Below are positions 36,791 through 49,510 of a stretch of DNA of 64,000 nt, one piece after another. The translations under genes were made by a program, and so were the position numbers. Numbering within the stretch: the first letter of the stretch is position 1; the number at the start of each line of letters is the position of its first letter. The notes beneath the pieces are model-generated. The model saw nothing but the letters and a program-made list of their open reading frames with translations. It was not told the DNA's origin and made no database searches. The stretch is from Octopus sinensis (Eukaryota). Where the stretch lies: the NCBI RefSeq assembly GCF_006345805.1, contig NC_042998.1, positions 170,190,001 through 170,254,000 of the forward strand, given 5' to 3'.

Positions 36791-39324
36791 TCCCCACTTC
36801 TACTCAAAATATTGTTGTAATCTTTGTTGTAAGTAGTAATTTCCTAAGTAAAGGTGTAACACATGGATGCATGTATATGTAAGCACAATGCAACAGAAAG
36901 AAATTCTTAGTTAAAATAGAGGAATTTAGTTCTGAATATGATAAATGGGATGTTATTAAAATACTTTGGAGAAATAAATTTTTGTATATAATTAAATTAT
37001 TATAAAAAAATTGCAGATAGTATTTCTTCCTCTAAGTTACCAAGTATAAGTTTACTGATACTATTTAGTGTTTTTTTTTTTTTATTATATTTTGAAACTG
37101 CCGTTTTACAAAACAAAAAATTATCTTTTATAATTGATGTTGTTTTTCAGTGTACCATTTATTTTTTTTACCTACTTTAAAATACTTCTCTAATTGAAGA
37201 TTCAGCTATAATATGCATGTTGATATCCATTTAATTAGAAGCTATTCTATTTATTAACTTAAAAGAGTGGGGGGGGGGAGAGATTTTCTTTTAACCACTA
37301 TTCTGCTTAAACTAACAAGTTAGCATTTTTTAAAAAACTCTTTTGTTATTTAAACAGAAAATCTAAAATTGTTGGATAAAAGAATCTATCTTTCATGATT
37401 AGTGTGTCTGTCAGCTGACTTATTACATTTTTTTAATAACCTGTAATTACACACCATAACTACTGTCCTAGTCCTTTAATTAACATGATTTTCTTTTAAA
37501 TGTCTCTGTTATGTTATTTTCTTTAAAGAGATGGATCCTTTCAGTTTTCTATTTAAATTAAAAGTATTGTTTCTTGTAGCTGTTACATCGTGTGACTTCC
37601 TTCATGCAAATATATATAAACCATCTCTTGGTATATTACTATCTCTTTATTGTCTTGTCATTTATCACAACATTGAAATTGTGGCATGTTCCCATTTAAT
37701 TGAATATTTTGTTTAATTTGTACACGTTATTCCTAGTCTTACATTCCTGCATTTTTAAGTATTTCTTCTTTAACAAGCGACATCTCAACTTTCACATTCT
37801 CTATTGATATTAAAGGTTGTGAATTTGTTCTTGTTTTCTTTGTGGTGAATAATTAAAATTGAATGATAGTAACCATGCTGTGCTTCTTAAGATAATTAGA
37901 TTCATGTTACAATATCACTCACATAAAATAATAGACAGATGCCTTTCTTTTAATTTCAAAGAATTAATAAAAATGTGCTTTAATATTCATCAAGAAATGA
38001 ACTTCTCTTGTAGTTTTCTTGTTCTGATTTTATTTATAAATGCTAATGCTCATCGTGTAATCTATGCATGATAAATAAATTAAAAAGTATAACGAGGTGT
38101 GTCTTTTGCAAGAAGATAAAGTGAACTTGCTAATAATCTGTTGAATGATGAAAGGTGCTCCAGCATAGCTGAGGTCCAAAGATTGAAATCAATAAAATAG
38201 TAAAGGAATATGTGTCTAGGTTGGAAAAATTGAAAGCTTAGTTCAAAGGATAGATTTGGCTGCTGAAAATATCTAAGGAAAATTTTGATTAAGACCATCT
38301 TAGGTAATTGAAGATTAGTGGTATTGTTTAACCTATAGCATGACCAAACACACATGTGATCAAAAGTATTTCAACCATGACCATCTCTCTTATTTTCTTC
38401 AGACATCTAGGATCAGTGTGTCGTTTCTCTATTAAGACAGTGGCACATGGTTTGAGGAAGATTTATTTCTATCAGCTTGCTGGTTTTGTTTTTCACTTTT
38501 GGTGCTTATTCCTTATATTTAAATCAAACTTCTTTCATATTCTAAACTTTTTACAGTTAGTAAACTGTAAGCTGTAATAGTCTCGGTTGTTAAAAAAATT
38601 TTATACATTAACTTGTCAAGTCCTATGAGATTGTGTCAAATATCCTCATTAACCTACAACATGTGGAAATTAGTGAACATAAAGTTTAATGATGGCAAAA
38701 ATTTAATTGCTTGCTTTAGCAGCTTCCTCAGTATTTTTATTGCACATAACAGCTGATACTGCAATGTGGTAATCTGCAACTCAATTTAGATTCCCAGCTG
38801 AAACTGTTACATTTCTCTCTCATCATATATTATCTTGAGAATATGAAGATCATGACCCAAGACATTGTCTTATTGTATGTAGGGACCCAGCCCTAGAACA
38901 AAAACAAATTACATTATCTCCATATCAGTGTAGCTATAAAGATATCTTTTGTTAACTTAATTCTCTAGTAGTCTGGGTTTACTCCAGTCTAATTGCATCA
39001 TCAGTTGTCTCTGCATATTGCACTGTATACAGTATGGCACAAGTAAATAGTCAATGAATATTGACTCTATGCAGTTGCTTGAAATACTAGAAATAGTTGC
39101 TGAATCTCTATTAATGTCTTAAAAAGAGAAGGACACATTACATAATATAGACTTGGATGGCTTCTCATAAGGGTTAACATGCTAGTTTGTAAACGTACTT
39201 TTAGCTAAGCAGACAGAAATTTATACTGCATAAAAACACAACAAAACAGCTAGGTTTTAGTTTCCAAAATAACAATGACCTCATACTTACATGCAAACTT
39301 TTCTTTAATTTCTTTATTATCCAG

Positions 39325-39432
39325 AAAGAAAAGCTGAAGCTTCTCCTAAATCTGTGTCGTCAATCCCTCCTCCCTCACCTGATTCCAACCGCACTGTAGA
39401 CCTGAAAGACAATGTTGAGGAATCCTGTGAAT
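39325..39432 (+). CDS. RPRD2: RPRD2-like internal exon, 108 nt (ERKAEASPKSVSSIPPPSPDSNRTVDLKDNVEESCE)
   Basis: Acceptor tttctttattatccag and donor GTAAGT at 39433. Phase 1-1, in frame with ORF 39354..39569. Confidence 0.8.
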
Positions 39433-42400
39433 GTAAGTATTATTTATACTATATCTTGCTAGAACTTTTTCTGAAAAATTTTAAACGGTACAGTGTGTGT
39501 GTTTACTTATGCTTTACTTTCTTTCTACAGCTACATTTCACAGCTGTGTTTAGTGTTGAATTGTTTTAAAAACATAACTGGAGAGTCTTAAATAGAGCTC
39601 TAACTATATAGTCCTACATATTTCACATCATAATTGTTTCTAATGAAATGAAATTTTACCAAAAGCATTCATTTTTTGATGACATATGCTTGATTATTTT
39701 GTCTTTCTAAAAGAAAAGAATGTCTACTTCAAAGCATGATTTGAGGCGGCTTTGTCAGTGCTTCAGGAATTTTTCTGGAGTAATTGCCAAAGGGAATGGA
39801 AAATATGATATTTAACTGCCCCAATAGCTTCGGTAATCAAGAATTAAAATTAAGACTCAATTTATGTAAGGTGGGGGTGGAGAACTTTAATCCTTCTTTG
39901 CAGTATTCACATGTTTGTTACATATTTCTTCTTTTTAAATCCTTAATATAATTTCTATAACTGTCCTCACTGTAATACACTGGTTGTGAAAGTATTTTAT
40001 ATAGTAATGAATTTTGGATTCTAAAAACAAGATTTTCAATCAATGTCTTTAAATAATAATCACCATAATTCTATTTAGTATCTAATTTTCCTTGAAAATT
40101 TGTTTTTTTAATTACTTTGTCAGAAGAGGAAGGGTAGCAGACAATACCCATTCCAGGCCCTCCAAAACTATTTGGAAGAAGGAAGTCATTATCAGACCTT
40201 CGTCGTCTTTTGTTGTAGTTGAACAACTAAGCCCAATCAATTGGGATTCACTGTATGGGTGGTACAATCTATCTTTTTGATTGCGGACTACAAAACGTGG
40301 CTTGCAAGACCTCCATCCTGGTGATTTTCTTGTGTCCCCACCTCACCTTTGTATGCCAATTCATCACAAGCTTGTCTGTTTAGGGCTGAATGGAATGGGA
40401 CAACATGGCATGAAGTGTTTTGCGCAAGAACAGTATACACAGCCGGTCTTGGAACCAAAACCATGTTCTTGCAATCATGAGTGCAACACCCTAACCACTG
40501 GGTCATGCACCTTCACATCCTCAAACCACAAGCCTAGTCTGAATGTATGTGATAGAGTGAACCCTGCTTAAAGCACCCTAGGACCAGATGGCAGTGTTAT
40601 ACTGAGCAATGAATTAGAATTATAAAACTATGTAAATCAAACCTTGGATATAAGCATAACTGCATGGTTAGGAAGTTCGCTTCCCAACAACATGGTTTGT
40701 GATTCAATATTGCAGTGTAGCACCTTTGCCAAATGTCTTCTGTACCCACAGACCGACCAAAGCCTTTGTAGATCAAAGCTTAAAGAAGTTCATTGTATAT
40801 ATGTATGTATGTATATATAAGAGAGAGAGATGCTTGTGTGTTTACATTTGCACTTCTCTGAAAATTATTGAGCATGTCAACAAATTGTATGCTAATTTTG
40901 TGCCACAAAAGATGCGTGAAATAAGAAATCCCTTACTTGAAAAGCAAATAAAGGTTTGTGGCAGGAAAATTGTCTGTAAAGCAATGCCTCAGTGATCATA
41001 CATTAGATCATCCCATACTCGTCTGGAAAAACAGTTGCAAAAACAAATAGATGATTGAAACCTAATGTGTAGTATAAACCATTTCTGTCACCTTAACAAA
41101 CGTATAAAAGGTAGCATTATGTATACTAGAAAGAACAGTCGTGTATCCCTTAAGTCATCCACTACTTGATGATACATTAATGAAATACTCCATTTGTTAA
41201 TAACTCCAGGTTGGTTCTGATCAAATAGATTTAAAGCAAAGGTGCTCTTGCCATGAGCAACCCCCACTTCTTTTTTCTTATTTAGGCAGAATGTACCCAG
41301 TGTGTCCTTCAGTTTTGATGATTAGAACTTGCTTGATCACTGTTGATAGGAGTTACTTCACTACAGCTAGGATAAGAAATCTATTTTATTTACTTAAGTA
41401 AAATATGATCTCAAATATAATATGACTCCGCTCTTGTAGGTAAAAAAGAAGTTGGTAGTATTTTTTCTTGTACAATATAACCTCTAACTATAGATCATAT
41501 TTTTTAAAGAAACCAACATGATATTGCTGCAAATTTTTTAAATACAGAAACACAAGCTAAACGGATGGGATTCCTGCTTTCTGCTCAGTGACGTTTTCTT
41601 AAAAGCTATTGAGGGAAGGCTGCAGTACAGTTTAAGGAAAAAAAACAACTCATTGTTTATAGAATAAGAGGTTATCATTTAGAAACAATCAGTCTGATTT
41701 GTCATATGATCCTCTAAATAACTGTAATCCTTCTTCTTGATTTAGCTTTCCTGTGATTATGCAGTGTTATTTCAATTTAACCATCTTTCCTCTTATATTC
41801 CATCCATTCAGCCAATTCTTTTTCCAGTTCTGGATAGTGAGATAGAGATAGTTTATTTCTTGGCATTTTCTACAGTTAGACCTCATTCTCTTTCCATAGC
41901 CTCATGTTGCTCTTAACACCATATTTGTTTGAGGCTGTACTATGAACAATATATCTCTTTTTAACACCCATGCTTTTTATTATTATAATGTTATACATGT
42001 AAAATATTTTTCATTGCTTGCATACATAGAAATATAACATTGGTGTTTAAAAAAATTATAACCTTTTAAGTTAAATAATCATATTTAAACAATAGAAGGT
42101 TATAACCTCTCACCACCAGCATACTAACAGAATCAACAGTTGCCATTTGATATATGTATTTGCTATACATATTGTGTTTCATAGCTGCAGGCAATTAAGT
42201 GCATACATGAGTTTTTAGATTCTTGAGCTATCTTCATTTTCACAGGTTGCATTTATTTTTGCACTGAAATATGCTACCCGCCAATTTTGTCTGACTTTTT
42301 TTTTTTTTTTACATTAAATTTCTTGCATTATGCACAAGTAAATTTAGTAAGAAGATAGTGGGAAGTGAGAATTAAAGAGCAGTTAGTGGTATATTAGTTA

Positions 42401-43796
42401 TTAATTAACTCTGGTTTGATGACATACTTTCTTGATACAGTTATGTTTAGAGGTTATACACATGTACATACATTGCACTTGAGAGGGGATTTCATGTTGC
42501 CAATAAAATACAAACATTATGTAGAGATATAGATATGTCATTCAATTCAGACTATTTCTATTTTTCATTAGGGTGGAGTGAAAACTAATATCTTTTCCTT
42601 TATTTTTATTTTCTTTTTGAATGTGTATATACACATACACATATCTTGCCCACCAACATTTCATGTCTATTTCTCCAAACTGGCCGACATCAAATATATC
42701 TTGTTCTGCAAATATATCTTATAGGAGATAAAACAATTGCTACCTATGACATAGTTGTTATTACAAAAAAAATCTATTAAAATAGAATGCTGAAGTAGTA
42801 ATTCTGATAGTTTTAATGTCCATTTTTCCATGCTTGCATGGGTCAGATGGAGTTTATTGAGGCAAAATTTCAATGGCCAGATGCCCTTGTTACCAACCCT
42901 CACTTGTTTCCAAACAAGGTAATATTTCCCCACACCCTGATATGTTCTTGCAGAATACTGCAAATTAATAACACTTCTTGTATGGTAGTGACACTTAATT
43001 TTACAACTATCATGTCAACACATACACACACATACATAAAAAAAGCCTTCCAATTTCTGTCTACCAAGTTCACTCCCAAGGCTTTGTTTGGCCCAGGGTT
43101 ATTGTAGAAGACACTTTGTCGAAGGTGCCATATAGTGGGACTGGACCCAGAACCATGTGGTTTGGAAACAAACTTCTTACAGCTACACCTGTTATTATAA
43201 AACAATCTACTAAAACAGACCATTAGTAAAGTATCTGGTGTAATTTCAGATTGGTGTCATTGCTACTTTCAACAGTCCAGCTAGTGTGCCACTACCCCAA
43301 GTTACATATTGCATACAAGCAAGAACTCCTAGACATTTCCTTCCTGAAGCAATCCAAACTTTTCATCATTCTCAGGTTGAGGCAGCAGCTTGCAAGTTTC
43401 CAATAATGCATCAAGCCATTTTGTATTTAGTTATTTTGCAACAAATAGTTTGATGCTATGTTAGAAATCTTTTCAGTGCAGATGATGCATAGTCAGTAAT
43501 TGTTGTTGGTGTGTTTGTGAAGCCCAAGTCAAGAACTTCAACCATTTCTGATTCCTCTTGGAAAAATGAAAAATAAATTCTTTACTTTGAAAAGTTCAAA
43601 TTAATCATCAGTTCTAATTCAAAAATTAAGTGAGCCTTCAGTTGCTTTGGCTACGGATCTCAGTCTCACACAGTAATATGAATAAAACAAAACTTTTTTT
43701 TTCTTTTTTTGGTTTTGATCATCCTTCAAATTCTGTTTATTTAATGGACTGATACCAAATTTTCATTATTATTTTTGTCTTCATTTATCTTTTCAG

Positions 43797-46096
43797 CACC
43801 ACTTGATTCTGCTGTCAGCCAACCAAGTAAAGAATGTAACAGCTTGGAAAAAAGAATAGCTAGTATGTTACCAAATCTACCAATCGCTAGCAATATTTCT
43901 AGTCCTGTAGAGGATATCCAGCGTCAACAACCATCGCCTGTGTCCTCTTCTTCATCAAAGAAAGAACATCGCTATCATTCTGACCGTAAACACCTAAGAA
44001 GTGGTAGTGATGTAGTACCAGATGACACTTCAGATTGGCTTGACCATTCTCCTGTGCTATCCAGTCGAAGTACAACTAGTCCAAGTCATTCTTCACATAA
44101 AACAAGTCACAGAAAACTTCCTTCCAGTAGTAATTTGCACAATTCAACCTCTTCATCCTCCTCAGGTCGAGTACCAGCTTATAACTCTCCTCCTTTGTCA
44201 AATGATGAAGGTAGTAGTACTCCACTTAATGATGAAGGTGGAAGTACACCTGTACAGGATGAAAAAGAAGAGCAAACTACGAGAGAAAATCCTATTGATT
44301 TCTTGACCAAACTCATTAATCAAACCCAGAAGTCTCCCAAAACCAGTACTGCTAGTTTCCTTCAGAACTTAATGAATACAGGAATGAAACCATTCACTTC
44401 ATATGATGACAGCAAAAATAAGGACTCTTCTGTTGATCTCAACCAACCTGCCATGCCTCCACAGATTCCCCCACCTCCTATGGGGCCAGGACCTGTTTCG
44501 CTACCAACTCAATCTTCCTTACAAACCTCATCCTCCCAGCACAATCAGACTACTTCCGCTCAGTCATGGGCAGCCTGGAAAGCTAAACGTGGTCCTTCTG
44601 ATGATATTCCTAATCTCATCACAAGTGCACCTCCCCCGCCCCCTCCCACCATGCCACCTCCCATTATTTCTCCACAACGGCATGAGCAAGTTGGACTAGC
44701 TTCTATTCCACAACGACCTGATCTGTCAACTCTGCCTCCAATGATGGGGCCACCACCTCCACCTGATCGCCTTCCAGGAATGTCAGGAATGCCTCCACTT
44801 CCTCCAGACTCACTCCCTTCCGTAGCACCAGTTCCTCCTCCAGACTGTCTTCTGCCTGGAATGGTTACTCCACCTTCAGAAGGAATTCCTCCGCCAGGTA
44901 TGCCACCTATGCAACCGCCTGATGGCATGAACAATATGCAAAGGCGGGACCAGATGGTATTACCTGGTGGTATTCCTGGAATGGCCCCTTCTTTCCATCC
45001 ACCAGAGAATCCCATTGCTCCACAAAGCCCGTGGAAACATGATATGGGAACTCCTTATTGCGCTGTTAGTAACACTACTGAACACCCAGATGGTTATAAC
45101 AGCAGTCCCCAGAGTCAAACAAGTCCTGAACCCTGCTCTATACCTCTACCTTGGATGAATCATCCACCTCCCCCACATGATACCAGCATACCTCCACCTG
45201 TAAACTTGGGGCCTCCACCTCATGCTCGAGGACTCAACTGTTCTGTTTTACCAGATTATTCTGGTTCAGCTGACAATATTTCTACTTTGACTGATACAAT
45301 GCAGAGTTCTAAGACTAGCTCTCAGTCTTCCTCTCCTAACAGTAATGGGGCCTCTGGCTACACTAGCAGAGTAAACCGTGTACTTTCTCAATCAGATTTT
45401 CCTGATGACCAAAGAGAATTCATTGAAAAATTAAAAAGGAAATCTAGTAATCTTGTTACTCCGCCAATTGTAGATTCACTCACAGACTTACAGGAATCTG
45501 TAAGTAATGTACGGAACTTAACTGCAGTAAAACTTGAAGACAGTCCAACTAACAGCAAGAAACCAACAGACAGCATAGAAAATACAGAGTCCAATCATTC
45601 TGCTGACATTGGCACTTGTAGTGCCCAAACTGAAGATGAGGAAGAGGAGGAGGAGGAAGAGGAAGAAGAGGAGGAGGAAGAAGAGGAGGAGGAAAGGGAA
45701 GAAGTACCTGATTGTCAAAATGAAGAACCAAAGGGAGCCCCAATATTAACTGTTTCTGGTATTGCAGCTCGGCGATATGAACCTGAACGACTTCGCAATG
45801 TTGCTGAGCATAGGGGAGATAACAGTCGGCGAACTGATTCCTTAAACAGACGCTTTGAACAGCCAATACCCAATCCTCTAATTCACAGACAGACCACAGA
45901 TTCTTATCGGGAAAGAAGAAGAGGAGAAAGGGATTTTTATCGGAACACTCCTTACCCTACTGACCCCTATGCTTATACCTACACACAGGACTGGCATCAG
46001 TATTATGCTCAGACTAATCCATATATGGCTCCACCTTTGAAACGGCCTTACGAGCCATATAATCCTCATCATTCTTACTATTCCTCAAAGTATTGA
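43797..46096 (+). CDS. RPRD2: RPRD2-like large terminal coding exon (2300 nt, low-complexity/disordered C-terminus, stop TGA)
   Basis: Acceptor tcatttatcttttcag at 43796, phase 1, in frame with ORF 43775..46096. Motif islands SLEKRIASML, STPLNDEGGSTPVQDE and PIDFLTKLI resemble my recollection of human RPRD2 SLEMKIHNFL, GTPVRDERSGTPTQDE and TMSLLSKII. Confidence 0.9.
45638..45694 (+). repeat. Coding (GAR)19 poly-glutamate tract
   Basis: 19 consecutive GAG/GAA codons inside the terminal exon. Confidence 0.95.
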
Positions 46097-46700
46097 ACTA
46101 CTGTTTTGTGAGGTTTTATAAGCAGAAATACTGTCTTGGCAATTTTATTGATGATTTTAACAGCTCTGTAATATTCCTGCATATACTGAATGGTTTTGAC
46201 TTGAGATTTCTCATTTAAACTGTTGGATATTCCATAAAATGTAAACATCCTGTTCTCTCTCTCTCTCCTCTCTCTCTCCTTCACTCTCCCTCTCTCTTTC
46301 TATCTCTCATTTTTTGGCAATGTCTTTGTTTTTGTTATTTTATCTTTTTAGAATAAGGGATAGCAATGCCACAAAATACTGAACATGGTTTTAAGTTAAA
46401 GAGAACAGGCATGACATTAAAAAAAAATCTTATTTTTCCAAGTTTTGAATTGAATTATTGTTTTATTTAAAGCATTAATTCAAATGGTTTCCACTGCATA
46501 TCATGAGGAGGAGATCCTGCCAGTACAAAAATATAATCTACAAAAAAAATTTTAAATATAAGCTAAAAAAACAGTCAGACTGAAAGTTTTATTCATAAAA
46601 TGTTAACTGGAGTCATTGAATTCTTTCCAATACGTTTTTGGATTTGATCCCAGTTTCTTGTAAAACCTATAAATCTGATCTGAAGCACAATGTGCTGCAG

Positions 46701-46706
46701 AATAAA
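46701..46706 (+). promoter_or_regulatory. Candidate polyadenylation signal of the RPRD2-like gene
   Basis: AATAAA about 600 nt after the stop, followed by U-rich sequence. Later AATAAA sites exist and the A10 run at 46721 could cause internal priming, so the real 3' end is not determined. Confidence 0.35.
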
Positions 46707-47967
46707 ATTTTAAACTTTTGAAAAAAAAAACCTCTCTTGTTCACTCAACTCTCTCTTCTTAATGAATATCGTCTTCATGTTCTTTTTTGTATATTTTAGT
46801 GTTTATCCTGGAATAATCAATTCATATTAATTGAATTTTGCTTTGCAATTTTTTTTATTTATTTTTTTAAAATTTTTATTGGTGAGCTGGCAGAATTGTT
46901 AGCATGCCAGGCAAAATGCTTTACACCATTTTGTCCAGTTTTACATTCTGAGTTCAAATTCCACCAAGGTTAACTTTTCAGGATCGATAAATTAAGTGCC
47001 AGTCAGGTACTAGGATCAATGGGATTGACCGTCCCCCTCCCCCAAAATTTCAGGCCTTGTACCTGTAATAGAAAGGATTATTACTATTATTATCAAATGT
47101 TTTATCTGTAATTATGTGTCCTCTCGCTCTTTTAAACAAAAACTAATTACTTAGATTTTCATCTGTTTAAACAAGAGATGGTCTTTTGAGGGTGGAGAAG
47201 CGAAATTCAAAATTGAAACACAGTGGATACTATACTAAAAATATAGAATACTGGTATTTAAATTTCATCAAGTTTACCTTTTAATCTCTCCAGGATTAAT
47301 GAAACCGTTATCAGTAATGTTAATAAGGCATTAGGTGATGGAAGAGGAAATTCATTATCATTTGTGATTAACAAATTTAATTTTGGAAATGTTGCAAGGT
47401 ATTATTCAGATATAATATAGTGAACACTGAAGACAACAATATTGTCATGTGGAAAAGACTGAATATGAAGATATAGTATAGAGCTGGCTAAAATTACCAT
47501 GGCAATTTCACAAAAGCTAATGATAGTAACTTTAAGGAAGATTGCTGATGACAACAGTAATATCAGTAGACAAAATATGCCAGAGTAATATAACAATAGG
47601 CAATGTTAGTGTGGTGAAAGGAGGACTTTGGAAGTGGTGTGAAGATGACTGGGAATAAAATGTTCATAAGAAAAAGGCATGAGGAATTGTTTATGTATAT
47701 TATATTAGGGAGGATGTTTGGAGCGAAAAAGAAAGGAAGGTAGGTGATGGTAATGTCTGCATGTGGTGTTGTTAAAATAAAATATATCTATGCAAATTAG
47801 AAAAATTTGACTCTTCATAAATTCTGGAATTAAATTGGGCATTTCTTTTTATTTTCATATGAATCAGCTGGTCACGATTTCAAAACAAAATCAAACTCAT
47901 TTTACCTTTTGCTACTATTTATATTTAACAGGAGGAAAACTAAATTTCTAGTAAAGATAAGTCTTAG

Positions 47968-48003
<36 letters not shown>

Positions 48004-48274
48004 CGAAGGTGCATGGTTTTGTGATTAGTGTTACACTTATGATCACCAAGTGGCTCATTGTGTTCTTAAGCAGAACACTTCATCCCACATTGCTCTATGA
48101 TCTCATTGACATCTGAGACACTTTGCACCTGTACAAGCAATGTCAATTTGATGGAGGTAATGAGTATAAACATTTCTCACTAAACAAATCTCTGCAGGTT
48201 GTTCAGCTAGAAATAGCAAAACTGTCATCTGTTGTCTATGACAGGAGAATCTGTGTGATATGTACATATATGTA

Positions 48275-49510
48275 TTGGGTCCATAAATAATGCAGTTTTT
48301 CCAATTGCTTGAACTAAAAGTTGAAGGAGAACAGGATAAACCACCAGCATCAATTTTCTATAAAAGCAGGTAGTAGTTTTTCCTTATTCTTAGTGCAAGG
48401 TTTGAAGAATGCAGTTCGATTTTAACAGTTATTTTTTCAAAGCTGTTATGGAAGTGACAAAGGAGCATATTTTGCTTTATGATTTCAATAAAGGCAACAA
48501 TGCAACGGAAAGTGCAAGGAATATTAATGCAGTATATGGGGATTGAACAATGAGTGTAAGCCAGTGTCAATGGTGGCTCCAGAAATTCCAAGCCGGAAAC
48601 TACAGCCTAGAAGACAAGCTTTGTCCTGGAAGATCTGTAGAGCTGTACAAGGATGTCCTGCAAACCCTGGTGGAACAAAATCCCACTGTAGCTGTTGAGG
48701 AACTAGCAGAGAGGCTTGGATTTGGTCATTCAGCCATTTATTGACACCTGTGTGCCATTGGAAAAGACAGCAAATTGGGTCAATGGGTTCCTCACAAACT
48801 TTCCAAGACTAATCACATGCAGAAAGTGAATGTGTGCTCTTCTTCACTGTCACATCTCACAAATGAACCTATTTTGGTCCAAATAGTGATTGGTGACAAG
48901 AAATAGGTTCTCTATAAAAATGTCAAGCACTGAAGACTGAGTAAGGAAAGGAGAAACACTGGTACTCCAGTCTAAAGGTCTTCACCCATGTATGGCATTG
49001 TTATCTGGTGGGATATGAAAGGTCTAGTCCACTTTGAACTTTTAAACCCAAACCAAATGATAACGCAGGAGATCTACTGTGAGCATCTTGAGCGGCTTAA
49101 GTCAGCACTAGAAGAAAAACGACCATCTTTGGTTTCAAGATAAAAGGTGTTCTTCCATCAAGATAATGCTTGGCCACATACAGCGAGGATGACATTCCAA
49201 AGGCTAGAGCAGTTTGAATGGGATCAAACAATGCCCCACCCACCATATTTGCCAGACATTGCCCCATCTGATTATCGTTTATTCCACAGTCTTCAAAATC
49301 ATTTGGATGGAAAAAATATGAATTTTTCCAGAACAGTACTGGAGGAGTATTTTTTGTCACAGACGTTGCCTTGCAAGTCTACCAGATAGATGGAAGAGCA
49401 TTGTAGAAAATGAAGGAAATAATATTTTAGATTAAAAAAGGAACATTGTTTATCTTAATTTTGAAAAATAAATGAAGCATAAAAAAAACATTATTTATGG
49501 GATGACCTAA
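48275..49510 (+). mobile_element. Full-length degenerate mariner (1236 bp)
   Basis: TA-flanked TIRs TTGGGT(----)CCATAAATAATG and CATTATTTATGGGATGACCTAA. ATG at 48448. Fragments WVPHKL, FHQDNA and HPPYLPDIAPSDYRLFHSLQNHL, with stops and frameshifts. Confidence 0.92.

Noticed and set aside
44560-45015. 151-aa Gly-rich minus-strand ORF (and other short ORFs overlapping 43775-46096)
   Set aside because: Antisense or alternate-frame shadows of the Pro-rich RPRD2 exon, with no independent signals.
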